Shown in pieces: positions 20,733-30,365 of a DNA stretch of 64,000 nt. The notes below the pieces were generated by a model. That model worked only from the letters and a program-made list of their open reading frames with translations, searched no databases and had not been told where the DNA came from. Position 1 is the stretch's first letter, and each line of letters starts with the position of its first letter. The DNA is taken from NCBI GenBank assembly GCA_964545335.1, contig CAZJFQ010000004.1, forward strand, positions 5,306 through 69,305. Reading direction: 5' to 3'. The DNA is from an uncultured Gammaproteobacteria bacterium (GTDB lineage: Bacteria; Pseudomonadota; Gammaproteobacteria; Steroidobacterales; CAZJFQ01). The position numbers were made by a program, and so were the translations under genes.

Positions 20733-21470
20733 GTGCCGGACGTGTGCACACTGGGTGTAAATATTGATCACGTCGCGACGCTACGACAGGCGCGTGGAAC
20801 GACTTACCCTGATCCGGTTACAGCAGCACTGATGGCGGAGAATGCCGGGGCCGATGGCATAACGTTACACCTCCGCGAAGACCGTCGCCATATTCAGGAT
20901 AACGACGTGTATGAGTTGGCTGAGCGATTGACGACGCACATGAATCTCGAGATGGCCGTTACGGATGACATGTTGCAGGTTGCCGAACGAGTGAGGCCCA
21001 CGGATTGTTGTCTTGTACCGGAACGTCGGGAAGAGCTGACGACCGAAGGCGGTCTTGACATTGCTGGCCAGATTGACCGGGTCGCCGAGGCATGTTCCCG
21101 ATTGGCCAGTCACGGGACGCGCGCGTCGCTGTTTATCGACCCGGAAACCGAGCAGCTTGACGCGGCCTGTGAGGCCGGGGCGACGGTCATTGAATTGCAT
21201 ACCGGCGCCTATGCGGATGCCCCGAATTCGCGCCTGCAGGCAGCGGAACTGGAGAGGCTACGGAAAGCTGTGCAACATGGCATCACGCTCGGTCTCAAAA
21301 TTCACGCCGGTCATGGTCTGCACTATGACAACGTGCAACCGGTAGCCGGGATCCGGGATATTACAGAGCTGAATATCGGTCATGCAATCATTGCGCGTTC
21401 TATTTTCGATGGGCTGGCGGTTGCAGTCGCCGAAATGAAACGGCTGATGCTTGAGGCGCGGTCCGAATGA
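20733..21470 (+). CDS. pdxJ: Pyridoxine 5'-phosphate synthase
   Basis: 245 aa. Contains [16 protein letters not shown] and HLREDRRHI. Confidence 0.95.
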   Translation: MPDVCTLGVNIDHVATLRQARGTTYPDPVTAALMAENAGADGITLHLREDRRHIQDNDVYELAERLTTHMNLEMAVTDDMLQVAERVRPTDCCLVPERREELTTEGGLDIAGQIDRVAEACSRLASHGTRASLFIDPETEQLDAACEAGATVIELHTGAYADAPNSRLQAAELERLRKAVQHGITLGLKIHAGHGLHYDNVQPVAGIRDITELNIGHAIIARSIFDGLAVAVAEMKRLMLEARSE

Positions 21471-21853
21471 TCTACGGTATCGGCACCGACATCCTGCGCG
21501 TAGATCGCATCGAAAAAACATTGCAGAGATTCGGCAGTCACTTTGTCGACCGGCTGCTGTTACCGGCGGAGCGGATTTCGTTCGATCGGCAACGGAACCC
21601 CGTGCGTTTTCTCGCGATGCGTTTTGCCGGTAAGGAAGCCGTAGTAAAGGCCATGGGCACCGGCTTCAGGCATGGCATGTGGATACGTGACGTTGGCATC
21701 GTTCAAAATTCGCGTGGGAAGCCCGAAATTTGTTACTCGTCCCGCGGCGAGAGAGTGTGCCGGGATCTGGGCATCGGCGAAGGTCATATTTCTCTCACCG
21801 ACGATGGCGGATTTGTTTTTGCAGTCGCCGTGCTCATGAAGGCTCGGGGTTAG
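21467..21853 (+). CDS. acpS: Holo-[acyl-carrier-protein] synthase
   Basis: 128 aa. Contains MIYGIGTDI and [10 protein letters not shown]. Confidence 0.9.
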   Translation: MIYGIGTDILRVDRIEKTLQRFGSHFVDRLLLPAERISFDRQRNPVRFLAMRFAGKEAVVKAMGTGFRHGMWIRDVGIVQNSRGKPEICYSSRGERVCRDLGIGEGHISLTDDGGFVFAVAVLMKARG

Positions 21854-22642
21854 TTGCAGGTTATGCATTGCTTCGCATTTGATATTGAAACAGTACCCGA
21901 CACCGAGTTTGGTCGCCGCCTGCTCGCGCTGGAGGATATCGACGATAGGGATGTAGCGCAGATCATGTTCTCGCGACGTCGTCAGGTCACCGGTTCCGAA
22001 TTTCTACCAATTCATCAACATCGTGTCGTCGCAATTTCAGTGGCGTTACGGAACCGGGACGAGTTCCGTGTCTGGTCGCTTGGCCAGGAAGATTCAGACG
22101 AAGCGGAGATTATCCGGAGATTTTTTGCCGGGATCGAAAAATACACTCCCGACCTGGTTTCCTGGAATGGCAGCGGATTCGATCTGCCTGTCCTGCATTA
22201 CCGTGCACTGAGACATGGTATTGTCGCCCGCCGGTACTGGGAGACAGGTGACGAGGATCAGTCGTTTCGGTGGAATAACTACCTGAGCCGGTTCCACTGG
22301 CGCCATCTCGATCTGATGGACGTCTTGTCTGGTTTTCAACACCAGAACAGGGCGTCACTCAATGATATTGCCGTACTTCTCGGTTATCCCGGCAAATTGG
22401 GTATCACGGGTAAGGATGTCTTTGCACTGTTCAGCCAGGGTGATGTGCAGACAATACGCAATTATTGTGAAACCGATGTGCTGAATACCTTCCTGATTTA
22501 TCTGTCTTTCGAGCTGGTTCGCGGCAGAATCGACGCTGACGACTATAGACGGGAATGTGAGCTGGTCCGACATTCGCTGCAAGAGGCATCGAGGCCACAT
22601 TTCCAGGAATTTCTTGATGCCTGGCCGCAGACGGGGACCTGA
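21854..22642 (+). CDS. Predicted 3'-5' exonuclease related to the PolB exonuclease domain (DNA_pol_B_exo2-like)
   Basis: 262 aa. The three DEDDy motifs are readable: ExoI FAFDIETVPD, ExoII SWNGSGFDLPVL, ExoIII RNYCETDV. The ORF abuts the acpS stop. Confidence 0.7.
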   Translation: MQVMHCFAFDIETVPDTEFGRRLLALEDIDDRDVAQIMFSRRRQVTGSEFLPIHQHRVVAISVALRNRDEFRVWSLGQEDSDEAEIIRRFFAGIEKYTPDLVSWNGSGFDLPVLHYRALRHGIVARRYWETGDEDQSFRWNNYLSRFHWRHLDLMDVLSGFQHQNRASLNDIAVLLGYPGKLGITGKDVFALFSQGDVQTIRNYCETDVLNTFLIYLSFELVRGRIDADDYRRECELVRHSLQEASRPHFQEFLDAWPQTGT

Positions 22643-23963
22643 TCGGATCGTGGTGAAGGCACCTACCCAATTCCCGGAGCCGGTAACGGTCGATCAAATG
22701 CATCTCGACGGTTGGGGTGTGGCACGACACGGTGATCAGCGGCTGCGAATCGATCAGGCTCTCAGTGGTGAGCGGGTGCTTTTTCATCAGAAACGGCGGC
22801 GACGTGGCCGGGTCGAGGGTGTTATTGAGCGACTCATCGATGCCTCCCCGAATCGCGTGGACGCGCGCTGCCCTTATTTCGGCGTGTGCGGTGGCTGCTC
22901 CCTGCAGCATGTTGCGCCGGCCTACCAGCTTGAGATGAAGCAGGCCGCACTGATCGAGCATCTCAAGGACAGCGGTGTGACCTCGAACCGAGTCCTGAGC
23001 CCGGTGACGGGCCCCGAGTGGGGATACCGTCGACGGGCGCGCCTCGGAGCGAGATACGTTAGCGGCAAGGGTCGGGTCCTGGTCGGATTCCGCGAGCGTT
23101 TCAAATCGTACGTGACTGATATGGACTCCTGCGAGGTAATGGTGCCGGAAGCGTCGGCCCTGATCAGGCCCCTCGCCGATCTGATCCTGGGTTTGTCGCT
23201 CTTTCAGCGCCTGCCCCAGATCGAAATCACCGTGGCCGACAATCAAACGGCGCTCGTATTTCGAATTCTTGACACACCCAGTGATGCCGACACAGCAGCA
23301 TTGAAGTCGTTCGGACAGCAACATGGCGTCACAATTTATTTACAGTCGGGCGGAATAGACTCGGTCAAACCTTTATCACCACCGGTCCCATCCTTGCGTT
23401 TCAGGCTCGAGAAAAGTGATCTCACTTTCGAGTTTGGTCCGACTGAGTTTATCCAGGTCAACTCGGCAATAAATGAGAAACTGATAGACCGGGTTCTCAA
23501 GCTGCTCAGGCCTGAAACTACCGATGCCGTGCTGGATCTGTTTTGCGGAATTGGCAATATCACTCTGCCGCTGGGACGAACCGGCGCTAAGGTCACGGGA
23601 ATCGAATCAAATCCAACTGCCCTCAAACTGGCCCGCACAAACGCCCGACTCAACAAGCTGGATAACGTCTGTTTTCTTGAGAGTGATCTGACAGACGGGC
23701 TTGAGGAATTTTTTTCAACCCAATCGCATGTGGATCTGGTGGTCCTGGATCCGCCCCGTACAGGAGCTGAAGTTGTGTCACGCCAGCTCGGTTCACTATC
23801 GCCACGACGAATCGTGTATATTTCCTGTCACGCGCCAAGCCTGGCGCGTGACGCCGGCATACTGGGCACGGACTCCGGGTACCGGCTGGAAGCTGTCGGC
23901 GTAATGGATATGTTTCCACACACTTCGCACGTGGAGTCAATCGCATTGTTTGAAAAGGACTGA
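22617..23963 (+). CDS. rlmD: 23S rRNA (uracil1939-C5)-methyltransferase RlmD (RumA)
   Basis: About 448 aa from ATG 22617. TRAM-like N-terminus, Fe-S Cys cluster CPYFGVCGGCSLQH, SAM motif DLFCGIGN, and C-terminal DPPRTG...YISC. Confidence 0.9.
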   Translation: MPGRRRGPDRIVVKAPTQFPEPVTVDQMHLDGWGVARHGDQRLRIDQALSGERVLFHQKRRRRGRVEGVIERLIDASPNRVDARCPYFGVCGGCSLQHVAPAYQLEMKQAALIEHLKDSGVTSNRVLSPVTGPEWGYRRRARLGARYVSGKGRVLVGFRERFKSYVTDMDSCEVMVPEASALIRPLADLILGLSLFQRLPQIEITVADNQTALVFRILDTPSDADTAALKSFGQQHGVTIYLQSGGIDSVKPLSPPVPSLRFRLEKSDLTFEFGPTEFIQVNSAINEKLIDRVLKLLRPETTDAVLDLFCGIGNITLPLGRTGAKVTGIESNPTALKLARTNARLNKLDNVCFLESDLTDGLEEFFSTQSHVDLVVLDPPRTGAEVVSRQLGSLSPRRIVYISCHAPSLARDAGILGTDSGYRLEAVGVMDMFPHTSHVESIALFEKD

Positions 23964-23970
23964 TTCGGGT

Positions 23971-24474
23971 ATGAGTATTGAAATAGAACGCAAGTTCCTT
24001 GTGCTCTCTGACGAGTGGAAGAAGCATGCACACCGCGAAGACATCGTCCGCCAGGGATATCTTTCGAGCGAGGACAGTTGTTCAATTCGGGTTCGGGTGA
24101 CCTCAGAGTGCGGATTCCTGAACATCAAGAGTGGTGAACCGACCATGCGACGTATTGAGTATCAGTATGTGATACCGGTTACGGATGCCGAGGAGATGCT
24201 GTACAAATTTTGCCGGTGGCCGCTGATTGAGAAAAGACGATATTGGGTCGCACACTCCGGGCACGAATGGCAGATCGACGTTTTTGACGACGCCAATAAG
24301 GGCATGATCGTGGCGGAACTTGAACTGAAGCGGGAAGATGAGAAGTTCGAGTTGCCACCATGGGTCGGTGCAGAGGTTACAGACGATCCCAGGTATTACA
24401 ACGTGTACCTCCTCGACAACCCGTATACCACCTGGCCGGAGAACCGGCGCGCCGGAGCACACGACCTGGAGTGA
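23971..24474 (+). CDS. CYTH-domain protein (CyaB/ThTPase-like triphosphate tunnel metalloenzyme)
   Basis: 167 aa from ATG 23971. N-terminal EIERKFL (the ExExK signature), plus later VAELELK. Confidence 0.8.
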   Translation: MSIEIERKFLVLSDEWKKHAHREDIVRQGYLSSEDSCSIRVRVTSECGFLNIKSGEPTMRRIEYQYVIPVTDAEEMLYKFCRWPLIEKRRYWVAHSGHEWQIDVFDDANKGMIVAELELKREDEKFELPPWVGAEVTDDPRYYNVYLLDNPYTTWPENRRAGAHDLE

Positions 24475-24974
24475 TGTCCGGTCGCAGGATCATCATCGAT
24501 CTGGATCGCCAGACGCTGACTCTATTGCGTCAAGGAAAGCCGGCAGAGACTTATCCCGTGTCGACGTCGGCAATCGGTGCCGGCGAACAGGATGGCAGCG
24601 GCTGTACGCCTCGGGGAAAACACATCATCCGGGCCAGGATCGGTGCCGGACTTCCGGTAGGATCCGTCCTGGTCGCGCGCCGTCCGACCGGAGAAATATT
24701 CACCGAAAATCTTCGCGATAATCACCCGGATCGGGACTGGATTCTGACGCGAATCCTGTGGCTGAGCGGCACGGAGACGGGCCGGAATCGTCTGGGTCAG
24801 GTCGACACGATGCGACGATACATTTATATACACGGCACGCCGGACAGCGAAGCAATCGGCGTTCCAGGGTCTCACGGTTGTGTGCGAATGCGTAACAGAG
24901 ACGTTGTGGAACTATTCGACGCCGCCGATGTTGGCACCCCGGTCGAGATAATTCAGTCGCGGAGTAGACGGTGA
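24474..24974 (+). CDS. YkuD (L,D-transpeptidase catalytic) domain protein without a signal peptide
   Basis: 166 aa from ATG 24474. Active-site motif IHGT...GSHGCVRM. The N-terminus MSGRRIIIDLDRQ has no hydrophobic segment. Confidence 0.8.
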   Translation: MSGRRIIIDLDRQTLTLLRQGKPAETYPVSTSAIGAGEQDGSGCTPRGKHIIRARIGAGLPVGSVLVARRPTGEIFTENLRDNHPDRDWILTRILWLSGTETGRNRLGQVDTMRRYIYIHGTPDSEAIGVPGSHGCVRMRNRDVVELFDAADVGTPVEIIQSRSRR

Positions 24975-26014
24975 CACTGGGCCCGCTGATGTGTGACATA
25001 GGCGGTTCGGAACTCACCGCTGAAGATGTCGAGATCCTGGCCCATCCCTTCATCGGCGGCGTCATCCTCTTCAGCCGCAACTACGACAACCCAGACCAGT
25101 TGACGTCGCTGGTTTCTGCTATCCACGACATTCGAAATCCACCGCTGCTCGTCGCAGTAGATCAGGAGGGAGGCAGGGTCCAGCGTTTGCGGGAGTCGTT
25201 CACAAAACTGCCGGCGGCACATCTGATCGGGCGGCAGCATGACGTCGACCGGGAACACGGCCGACACCTGGCTGAACGCGCGGGCTGGATGATGGCCAGT
25301 GAACTCAGGGCCGTTGACATTGACATGAGTTTTGCGCCAGTACTCGATCTGGATTGGGGTCTGAGTGAGGTGATCGGTGATCGGGCGTTTCACCGTGATC
25401 CGGACGTCGTTGCCGAGCTCGGGTTTGCGTTTATGTCGGGCATGCGAACGGCAGGCATGGCAGCCACCGGCAAACATTTCCCCGGCCATGGGCATGTCGT
25501 AAAGGACTCGCACAAGACACTGCCTGGCGACCGGCGACCCGCTGAAGATCTTGCCGATGACCTGTTGCCCTTTGAACGGCTGATCGAAGCCGGGTTACCG
25601 GCGATCATGACGGCTCACGTCGCCTATCCGGCCATAGACGAACGACCCGCGGGCTTCTCCACCGCGTGGATCCGTGGATCGCTGCGCGATCGTCTCCATT
25701 TTGGCGGTGCAGTTATCTCAGATGATCTCAGTATGGAGGCTGCTGCAGTCGCGGGCGACATGACGGAGCGTGCCGAGGCGGCGCTGAATGCGGGCTGCGA
25801 TATGTTGCTGGTGTGCAATGACCGACCCGCAGTGGTGCAGGTGCTGGAGGATCTGGGGCAGCGGGTAGACCCGGTAAGCCAGGTTCGTCTGGCAAGCCTG
25901 CACGGCAAAGGAGGTCGGGAATGGCAGCAACTGGTCCATTCGGATACCTGGCGGGAGGCCCGCGAGGCACTGCGCCAGGTGCTCGATCAACCACCACTGG
26001 AACTAGACGCCTGA
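24971..26014 (+). CDS. nagZ: Beta-N-acetylhexosaminidase NagZ
   Basis: 347 aa. Contains ILFSRNY, VAVDQEGGRVQR and KHFPGHG. Confidence 0.93.
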   Translation: MTLGPLMCDIGGSELTAEDVEILAHPFIGGVILFSRNYDNPDQLTSLVSAIHDIRNPPLLVAVDQEGGRVQRLRESFTKLPAAHLIGRQHDVDREHGRHLAERAGWMMASELRAVDIDMSFAPVLDLDWGLSEVIGDRAFHRDPDVVAELGFAFMSGMRTAGMAATGKHFPGHGHVVKDSHKTLPGDRRPAEDLADDLLPFERLIEAGLPAIMTAHVAYPAIDERPAGFSTAWIRGSLRDRLHFGGAVISDDLSMEAAAVAGDMTERAEAALNAGCDMLLVCNDRPAVVQVLEDLGQRVDPVSQVRLASLHGKGGREWQQLVHSDTWREAREALRQVLDQPPLELDA

Positions 26015-26082
26015 GCGGTGTGCGGCGCGAAGGCGGTTATTACAGGGAATAAGAATCAGCTACTGATACAGGATGATCGCGG

Positions 26083-26820
26083 ATGACAGACATTGCAATC
26101 ATTGGCGGGACCGGTCTTACGGAACTCGGATCGCTGGATATCAGGCGGCGGGAAGTGGTGTACACGCCGTACGGAGAAGCCTCTGGCCCCCTGACTCACG
26201 GCGTACTTTGTGGTTGTGAAGCTATATTTCTGGCGCGACACGGCTACGGCTACACGATTCCACCGCACAAGGTCAATTTCAAGGCGAATATGTGGGCACT
26301 GCAGAGTGTCGGCGTCAGAAAGGTCATCGCTGTCAACGCTGTCGGCGGCATACGTAGTGACCTGGAACCGGGCATGCTGGTTTTCCCACATCAGATAATC
26401 GATTACACATACGGTCGGGAACACACTTTCGTCGAGTCGAACCTGGCGACGGTTACACACATCGACTTTTCGGAACCTTATTCAACGTCATTGCGGGAAA
26501 AGCTGATTGATGCGGCAAAATCCGCCGCTGTCCGGTTCTCGGAACAAGGCTGCTACGGTGCTATGCAGGGACCCAGACTTGAAACCGTCGCAGAAATCGA
26601 CCGGCTGGAGACAGACGGTTGTGACATCGTTGGCATGACCGGGATGCCGGAAGCGGCGCTTGCCAGGGAACTCGACCTCGAGTATGCCAGTTGTGCTGTG
26701 GTAGCCAATCGGGCGGCCGGGCGGGGTGCGGAATCCATACATCAGCAAATCGAAACCAATCTTTCACGTGGCATGGATCAGCTAAAGGTTCTGCTCGAAC
26801 ATCTGCTGCCAATGATGTAG
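26083..26820 (+). CDS. MTAP-family purine nucleoside phosphorylase (S-methyl-5'-thioadenosine/thioinosine phosphorylase)
   Basis: 245 aa. Contains IAIIGGTGL, FLARHG and NAVGG. Confidence 0.9.
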   Translation: MTDIAIIGGTGLTELGSLDIRRREVVYTPYGEASGPLTHGVLCGCEAIFLARHGYGYTIPPHKVNFKANMWALQSVGVRKVIAVNAVGGIRSDLEPGMLVFPHQIIDYTYGREHTFVESNLATVTHIDFSEPYSTSLREKLIDAAKSAAVRFSEQGCYGAMQGPRLETVAEIDRLETDGCDIVGMTGMPEAALARELDLEYASCAVVANRAAGRGAESIHQQIETNLSRGMDQLKVLLEHLLPMM

Positions 26821-26857
26821 GTCATTGCCCGGACGGCTGAACGACACACACGGGCGA

Positions 26858-27562
26858 ATGCAGCTGATAATCTTCGACCTCGACGGCACGCTGACGCAAA
26901 CCAGCGAGATCGATTCACGTTGTTACGAACTTGCCGTGCGCACGGTGACGGGTATTCAACGCATTGATACTGACTGGTCAACTTATGTGCACACCACTGA
27001 TGAAGCGATCGCGCGCGAACTTATCAAAAATTATTTTTCCAGGCCGGCCCGTGAATCAGAAATCAAGGCGATAAAGCGCTGTTTTAAAGAGTTGCTAGAT
27101 ATCGCCGCCGACGAAGAGCCGCACCAGTTTCAGCCGGTGCCTGGCGCGGCGGAGTTGCTGGCGCACATCAGTGCAACGACGAACTACCGCGCTATTATTG
27201 CCACAGGTGCATGGAGAGACTCGGCGGATATCAAGATCAGCTGCGCCGGCCTGGATGCCGGTTCGCTGCCGGTGGTTACCTCAGATGCAGCGCCAACCAG
27301 AGAGAAGTTGCTGGCCGGCGCCATATCGCTGGCAACTGACCGATACGATGTGTCCGGTTTTGACCGTATCGTTTCCGTTGGTGATGCGATCTGGGATGTA
27401 TAGGCCGCAGTGTCTCTGCAGGTGCCTTTTGTCGGCCTAGCCGGTGGTCCGGCTGCTGCCATCCTGAGAGAGGCCGGCGTATCATATGTATTTGAGGGGT
27501 TAGAAGATCCGAAGTCGTTTCTGGCTGCCTGTGACCGTGCCAGACCACCCGGGAAAGGATAG
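26858..27562 (+). pseudogene. HAD-superfamily hydrolase interrupted by an in-frame TAG at 27401-27403
   Basis: Motif I is MQLIIFDLDGTLT and motif IV is VGDAIWDV, then TAG. The same frame stays open for 52 more codons (AAVSLQVPFVGLAGGPAAAILREAGVSYVFEGLEDPKSFLAACDRARPPGKG) to TAG 27560-27562. That tail reads like the normal HAD C-terminus. Confidence 0.7.
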
Positions 27563-27568
27563 AGATCG

Positions 27569-27958
27569 ATGCAAGCTGGATTGGGCGTTACTGTTGGGCA
27601 AAGATTTCGAGATCACATACCGCTGAGCCCGGTTTTGACGGGCCTGGTGTCGTTGGTGGTATTTCCTGTACTGGCCTGTGACTTTCCGTCTGACGATGAT
27701 GTCATTATCCCTTACGGAGCCAGCGCAACTCATGATGAAATGCTCGCAGGTCAAAAAACAGTCAAGGCTCATGTTGCGGCTGTGGAGGAGTATTTGACGT
27801 GTATTCGCGTCGAATACACTGGCGCTGGCAAGTCACCCACGCCGGAGCAGCAAAAGATCTGGACCGCCCGGCACAACGCTGCGGTTGACGCCATGGATTC
27901 GGTCGCGGCGAGATTCAACGAACAGTTGAGAATCTTTAAACAGAATCAGCGACGCTGA
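27569..27958 (+). CDS. Hypothetical exported protein, possible lipoprotein
   Basis: 129 aa. Hydrophobic N-terminus ending VLAC (lipobox-like). No family recognised. Confidence 0.5.
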   Translation: MQAGLGVTVGQRFRDHIPLSPVLTGLVSLVVFPVLACDFPSDDDVIIPYGASATHDEMLAGQKTVKAHVAAVEEYLTCIRVEYTGAGKSPTPEQQKIWTARHNAAVDAMDSVAARFNEQLRIFKQNQRR

Positions 27959-28003
27959 AGGCCGCGGCGACTCGATATCCATTACCGGATCCAGACCTCC
28001 CGA

Positions 28004-28594
28004 ATGACTACCCACTGGCCCGAGGTAGGCGATCAGTTGCCAAAGCTGGGGAATGCTTTTACCCGCGGGTGCGGACGGCTGGTGCTCGCGCTTTACGAGT
28101 GGCGGATCACGGGCGATCTCCCAAATCGCGCCAAAATGCTGTTAGCCGTCGCTCCTCATACTTCAATCTGGGATTTCTTTTTTCTGTTTTCAGCCATGCT
28201 CGCGATCGGATTTCATAGTCACTGGCTGATGACGCGCGCTTTCTTCCGCTGGCCCTTAGGTCCCATTGTCCGATCTCTGGGTGCGACACCCGTGGACAAA
28301 GGCCGTTCCCAGGATCTCGTGAGCCAGATGACAGCCGAATTCCAGCGCCATGATCGCTACCTCCTGGCTCTTGCACCCGAAGGGACACGTCGCAAGGTCC
28401 CGGAATGGAAGTCGGGTTTTTATTTCATTGCGCACGGCGCCGGGATTCCGATTCTGCCGATTTCGATCGATTTTTCACGGCGCCTGATTCGGTTCGGTAC
28501 ACCGTTCGAGCCGTCCGGCGACTTCGACGAAGACCTGCCGAAACTCAAGGCATTCTTCGAAAATTCTGTTCCGAAACACCCTGAGAAATACTGA
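28004..28594 (+). CDS. PlsC-family (lysophospholipid/glycerolipid) acyltransferase
   Basis: 196 aa. HX4D motif APHTSIWD and the APEGTRRK motif. Confidence 0.8.
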   Translation: MTTHWPEVGDQLPKLGNAFTRGCGRLVLALYEWRITGDLPNRAKMLLAVAPHTSIWDFFFLFSAMLAIGFHSHWLMTRAFFRWPLGPIVRSLGATPVDKGRSQDLVSQMTAEFQRHDRYLLALAPEGTRRKVPEWKSGFYFIAHGAGIPILPISIDFSRRLIRFGTPFEPSGDFDEDLPKLKAFFENSVPKHPEKY

Positions 28595-28625
28595 ATTCTC
28601 TATTTCAAAGCGAGGTAGGCAGGCG

Positions 28626-29072
28626 ATGTTCGCAGAGGACCCCGGGTTGAACCGGTTGATTCGAAATAACTCCTGGCTGTTTGTACTGGCGATAAGTGTT
28701 ACGTTTGTCCTGCTGCGGCTTACGCTAAGCTTGTCTCCCGATTCCGACTTCCATGTAGCGGGATACAATATCCATCATCTGTTTACCGGTCTGGTTCTGA
28801 TCTCGGCGGGCGGCATACCGCTGGCGATTTTTCCTGTTCAGAGCCATTTCATGACGGCCGCGCGGATTACTTTCGGAATCGGCTTGGGCATGGCGCTGGA
28901 TGAATGGGTCTACCTCATTGCGACCGACGGCACTAATGCGGATTATCTGCTGCCGGCGTCTTTCTGGGGTGGCGTAGTAGCGATAGCCGCTGCTTGTCTT
29001 TATGCAATTAGTCTGGCTATTGGCTGGTGTCCGCGGGAGAAACAGGCAGACGTCGAAAGCCACAAGGGCTGA
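28626..29072 (+). CDS. Hypothetical integral membrane protein (about 4 TM)
   Basis: 148 aa with four hydrophobic segments. No family recognised. Confidence 0.5.
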   Translation: MFAEDPGLNRLIRNNSWLFVLAISVTFVLLRLTLSLSPDSDFHVAGYNIHHLFTGLVLISAGGIPLAIFPVQSHFMTAARITFGIGLGMALDEWVYLIATDGTNADYLLPASFWGGVVAIAAACLYAISLAIGWCPREKQADVESHKG

Positions 29073-29076
29073 CGAA

Positions 29077-29616
29077 GTGAATAATGTTTGTATTCGTTCG
29101 GGACTGAACGCAGATCTGGCGGGTATCGTGGAGATCTATAATCATTATATTGAAAACTCTCACTGTACTTTTGATATCGAAACGATCTCCGTCACATCCC
29201 GGCAGCCCTGGTTGCGGCAGTTTGGCAATGTTGGCCGCTACCGGCTTTTTGTCGCGACGCTGGATTCACGGATTCTCGGTTACGCCACGAGTTCGCGGTT
29301 TCATAACAAAGCCGGATACGATTCCTCGGTCGAAACAACTGTCTATGTTGATCCTGATTTTACGAGTCAGGGGATCGGGCGCGGGCTTTATGAATCCCTG
29401 TTTGATGCTCTGCGGGACGAAGATATACACAGGGCGTACGCTGGTGTTGCATTGCCAAATCCCGCGTCGATAAGACTGCACGAGGAGTTCGGATTTGAGC
29501 GGGTGGGCATATTCGCTGAGGTTGGAATAAAATTCGGGCAATACCGGGATGTCGGCTGGTACTGGAAATCAGTGAACAGCGAACCAGGATTGAATTCAGT
29601 GAAGGCGCAACCATGA
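29077..29616 (+). CDS. GNAT N-acetyltransferase, phosphinothricin/methionine-sulfoximine acetyltransferase-like
   Basis: About 179 aa from GTG 29077. Contains IVEIYNHYIENSHCTFDIE, QGIGRGLY and LHEEFGFERVG...KFGQYRDV, typical of the PAT subfamily. Confidence 0.8.
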   Translation: MNNVCIRSGLNADLAGIVEIYNHYIENSHCTFDIETISVTSRQPWLRQFGNVGRYRLFVATLDSRILGYATSSRFHNKAGYDSSVETTVYVDPDFTSQGIGRGLYESLFDALRDEDIHRAYAGVALPNPASIRLHEEFGFERVGIFAEVGIKFGQYRDVGWYWKSVNSEPGLNSVKAQP

Positions 29617-30344
29617 GCAGCAAGTCGATTGATGCCTACGACGTTGCCGAGCGCGTCGCTGCATACGATTACAGCATGGACATCATGCACCCGAATCGGC
29701 ACAAGATGGCCGACGTTGCACTCGAGGTGCTGCCCGTGTCCCGCAGCGCTGAACTGAGGATACTCGACATTGGTTCCGGAACGGGTTTCCTGCTGGAGAA
29801 GTTTTTGACGAGCTTTCCGAATTCAACCGCGGTGGCGGTTGACGGGGCCAGTGCCATGGCCGATGTAGCTAATGAGCGGCTGGATAGCCAAGCAACGCGC
29901 GTCGACTATCGTATTGGTGATTTCAGGGAGCTAAAGGGAATCGTCGCGGATGCGGGTCCTTTCGACCTGGTTATCAGCGCGTATGCTCTGCATCACCTCG
30001 ACCCGGAAGAAAAGTGTCGGCTGCTTACCGATGTGATCGATCTGATGACACCCGGTGCATGGTTTGTCAATGCCGATGTCGTTATGGGCGGCACGGAACT
30101 GCTGGAAACCCGATTTCAGGAACTTCGTGTTGCCGGAATCGTAGAACGTGCGGCCGGAGAGGATGACCGCTATCGTGATGAGTTGGCTACACGTCGAAAT
30201 CTCGATGCGATGGAGGCGGACGAAGGGGACCAACCTCAAACTCTGGCCACCGATCTTGGTGTCCTGAAAGCGGCCGGTCTGAAAGACACAGGCGTTTTCT
30301 GGCTTGAGTACCGGGAGGCGGTCACAGGCGGGCGCCGGCCCTAG
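29613..30344 (+). CDS. Class I SAM-dependent methyltransferase
   Basis: 243 aa. Motif I is ILDIGSGTGFL. ATGA overlap with the GNAT stop. Confidence 0.85.
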   Translation: MSSKSIDAYDVAERVAAYDYSMDIMHPNRHKMADVALEVLPVSRSAELRILDIGSGTGFLLEKFLTSFPNSTAVAVDGASAMADVANERLDSQATRVDYRIGDFRELKGIVADAGPFDLVISAYALHHLDPEEKCRLLTDVIDLMTPGAWFVNADVVMGGTELLETRFQELRVAGIVERAAGEDDRYRDELATRRNLDAMEADEGDQPQTLATDLGVLKAAGLKDTGVFWLEYREAVTGGRRP

Positions 30345-30365
30345 CGGCCTGCAACAGGAGAGCTA

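Noticed and set aside
22431-23324. 297-aa ORF antisense to rlmD
   Set aside because: It lies entirely inside, and opposite to, a well-supported rlmD frame. The protein is low-complexity and Arg/Gly/His-rich with no motif. This is a typical shadow ORF of GC-rich DNA.
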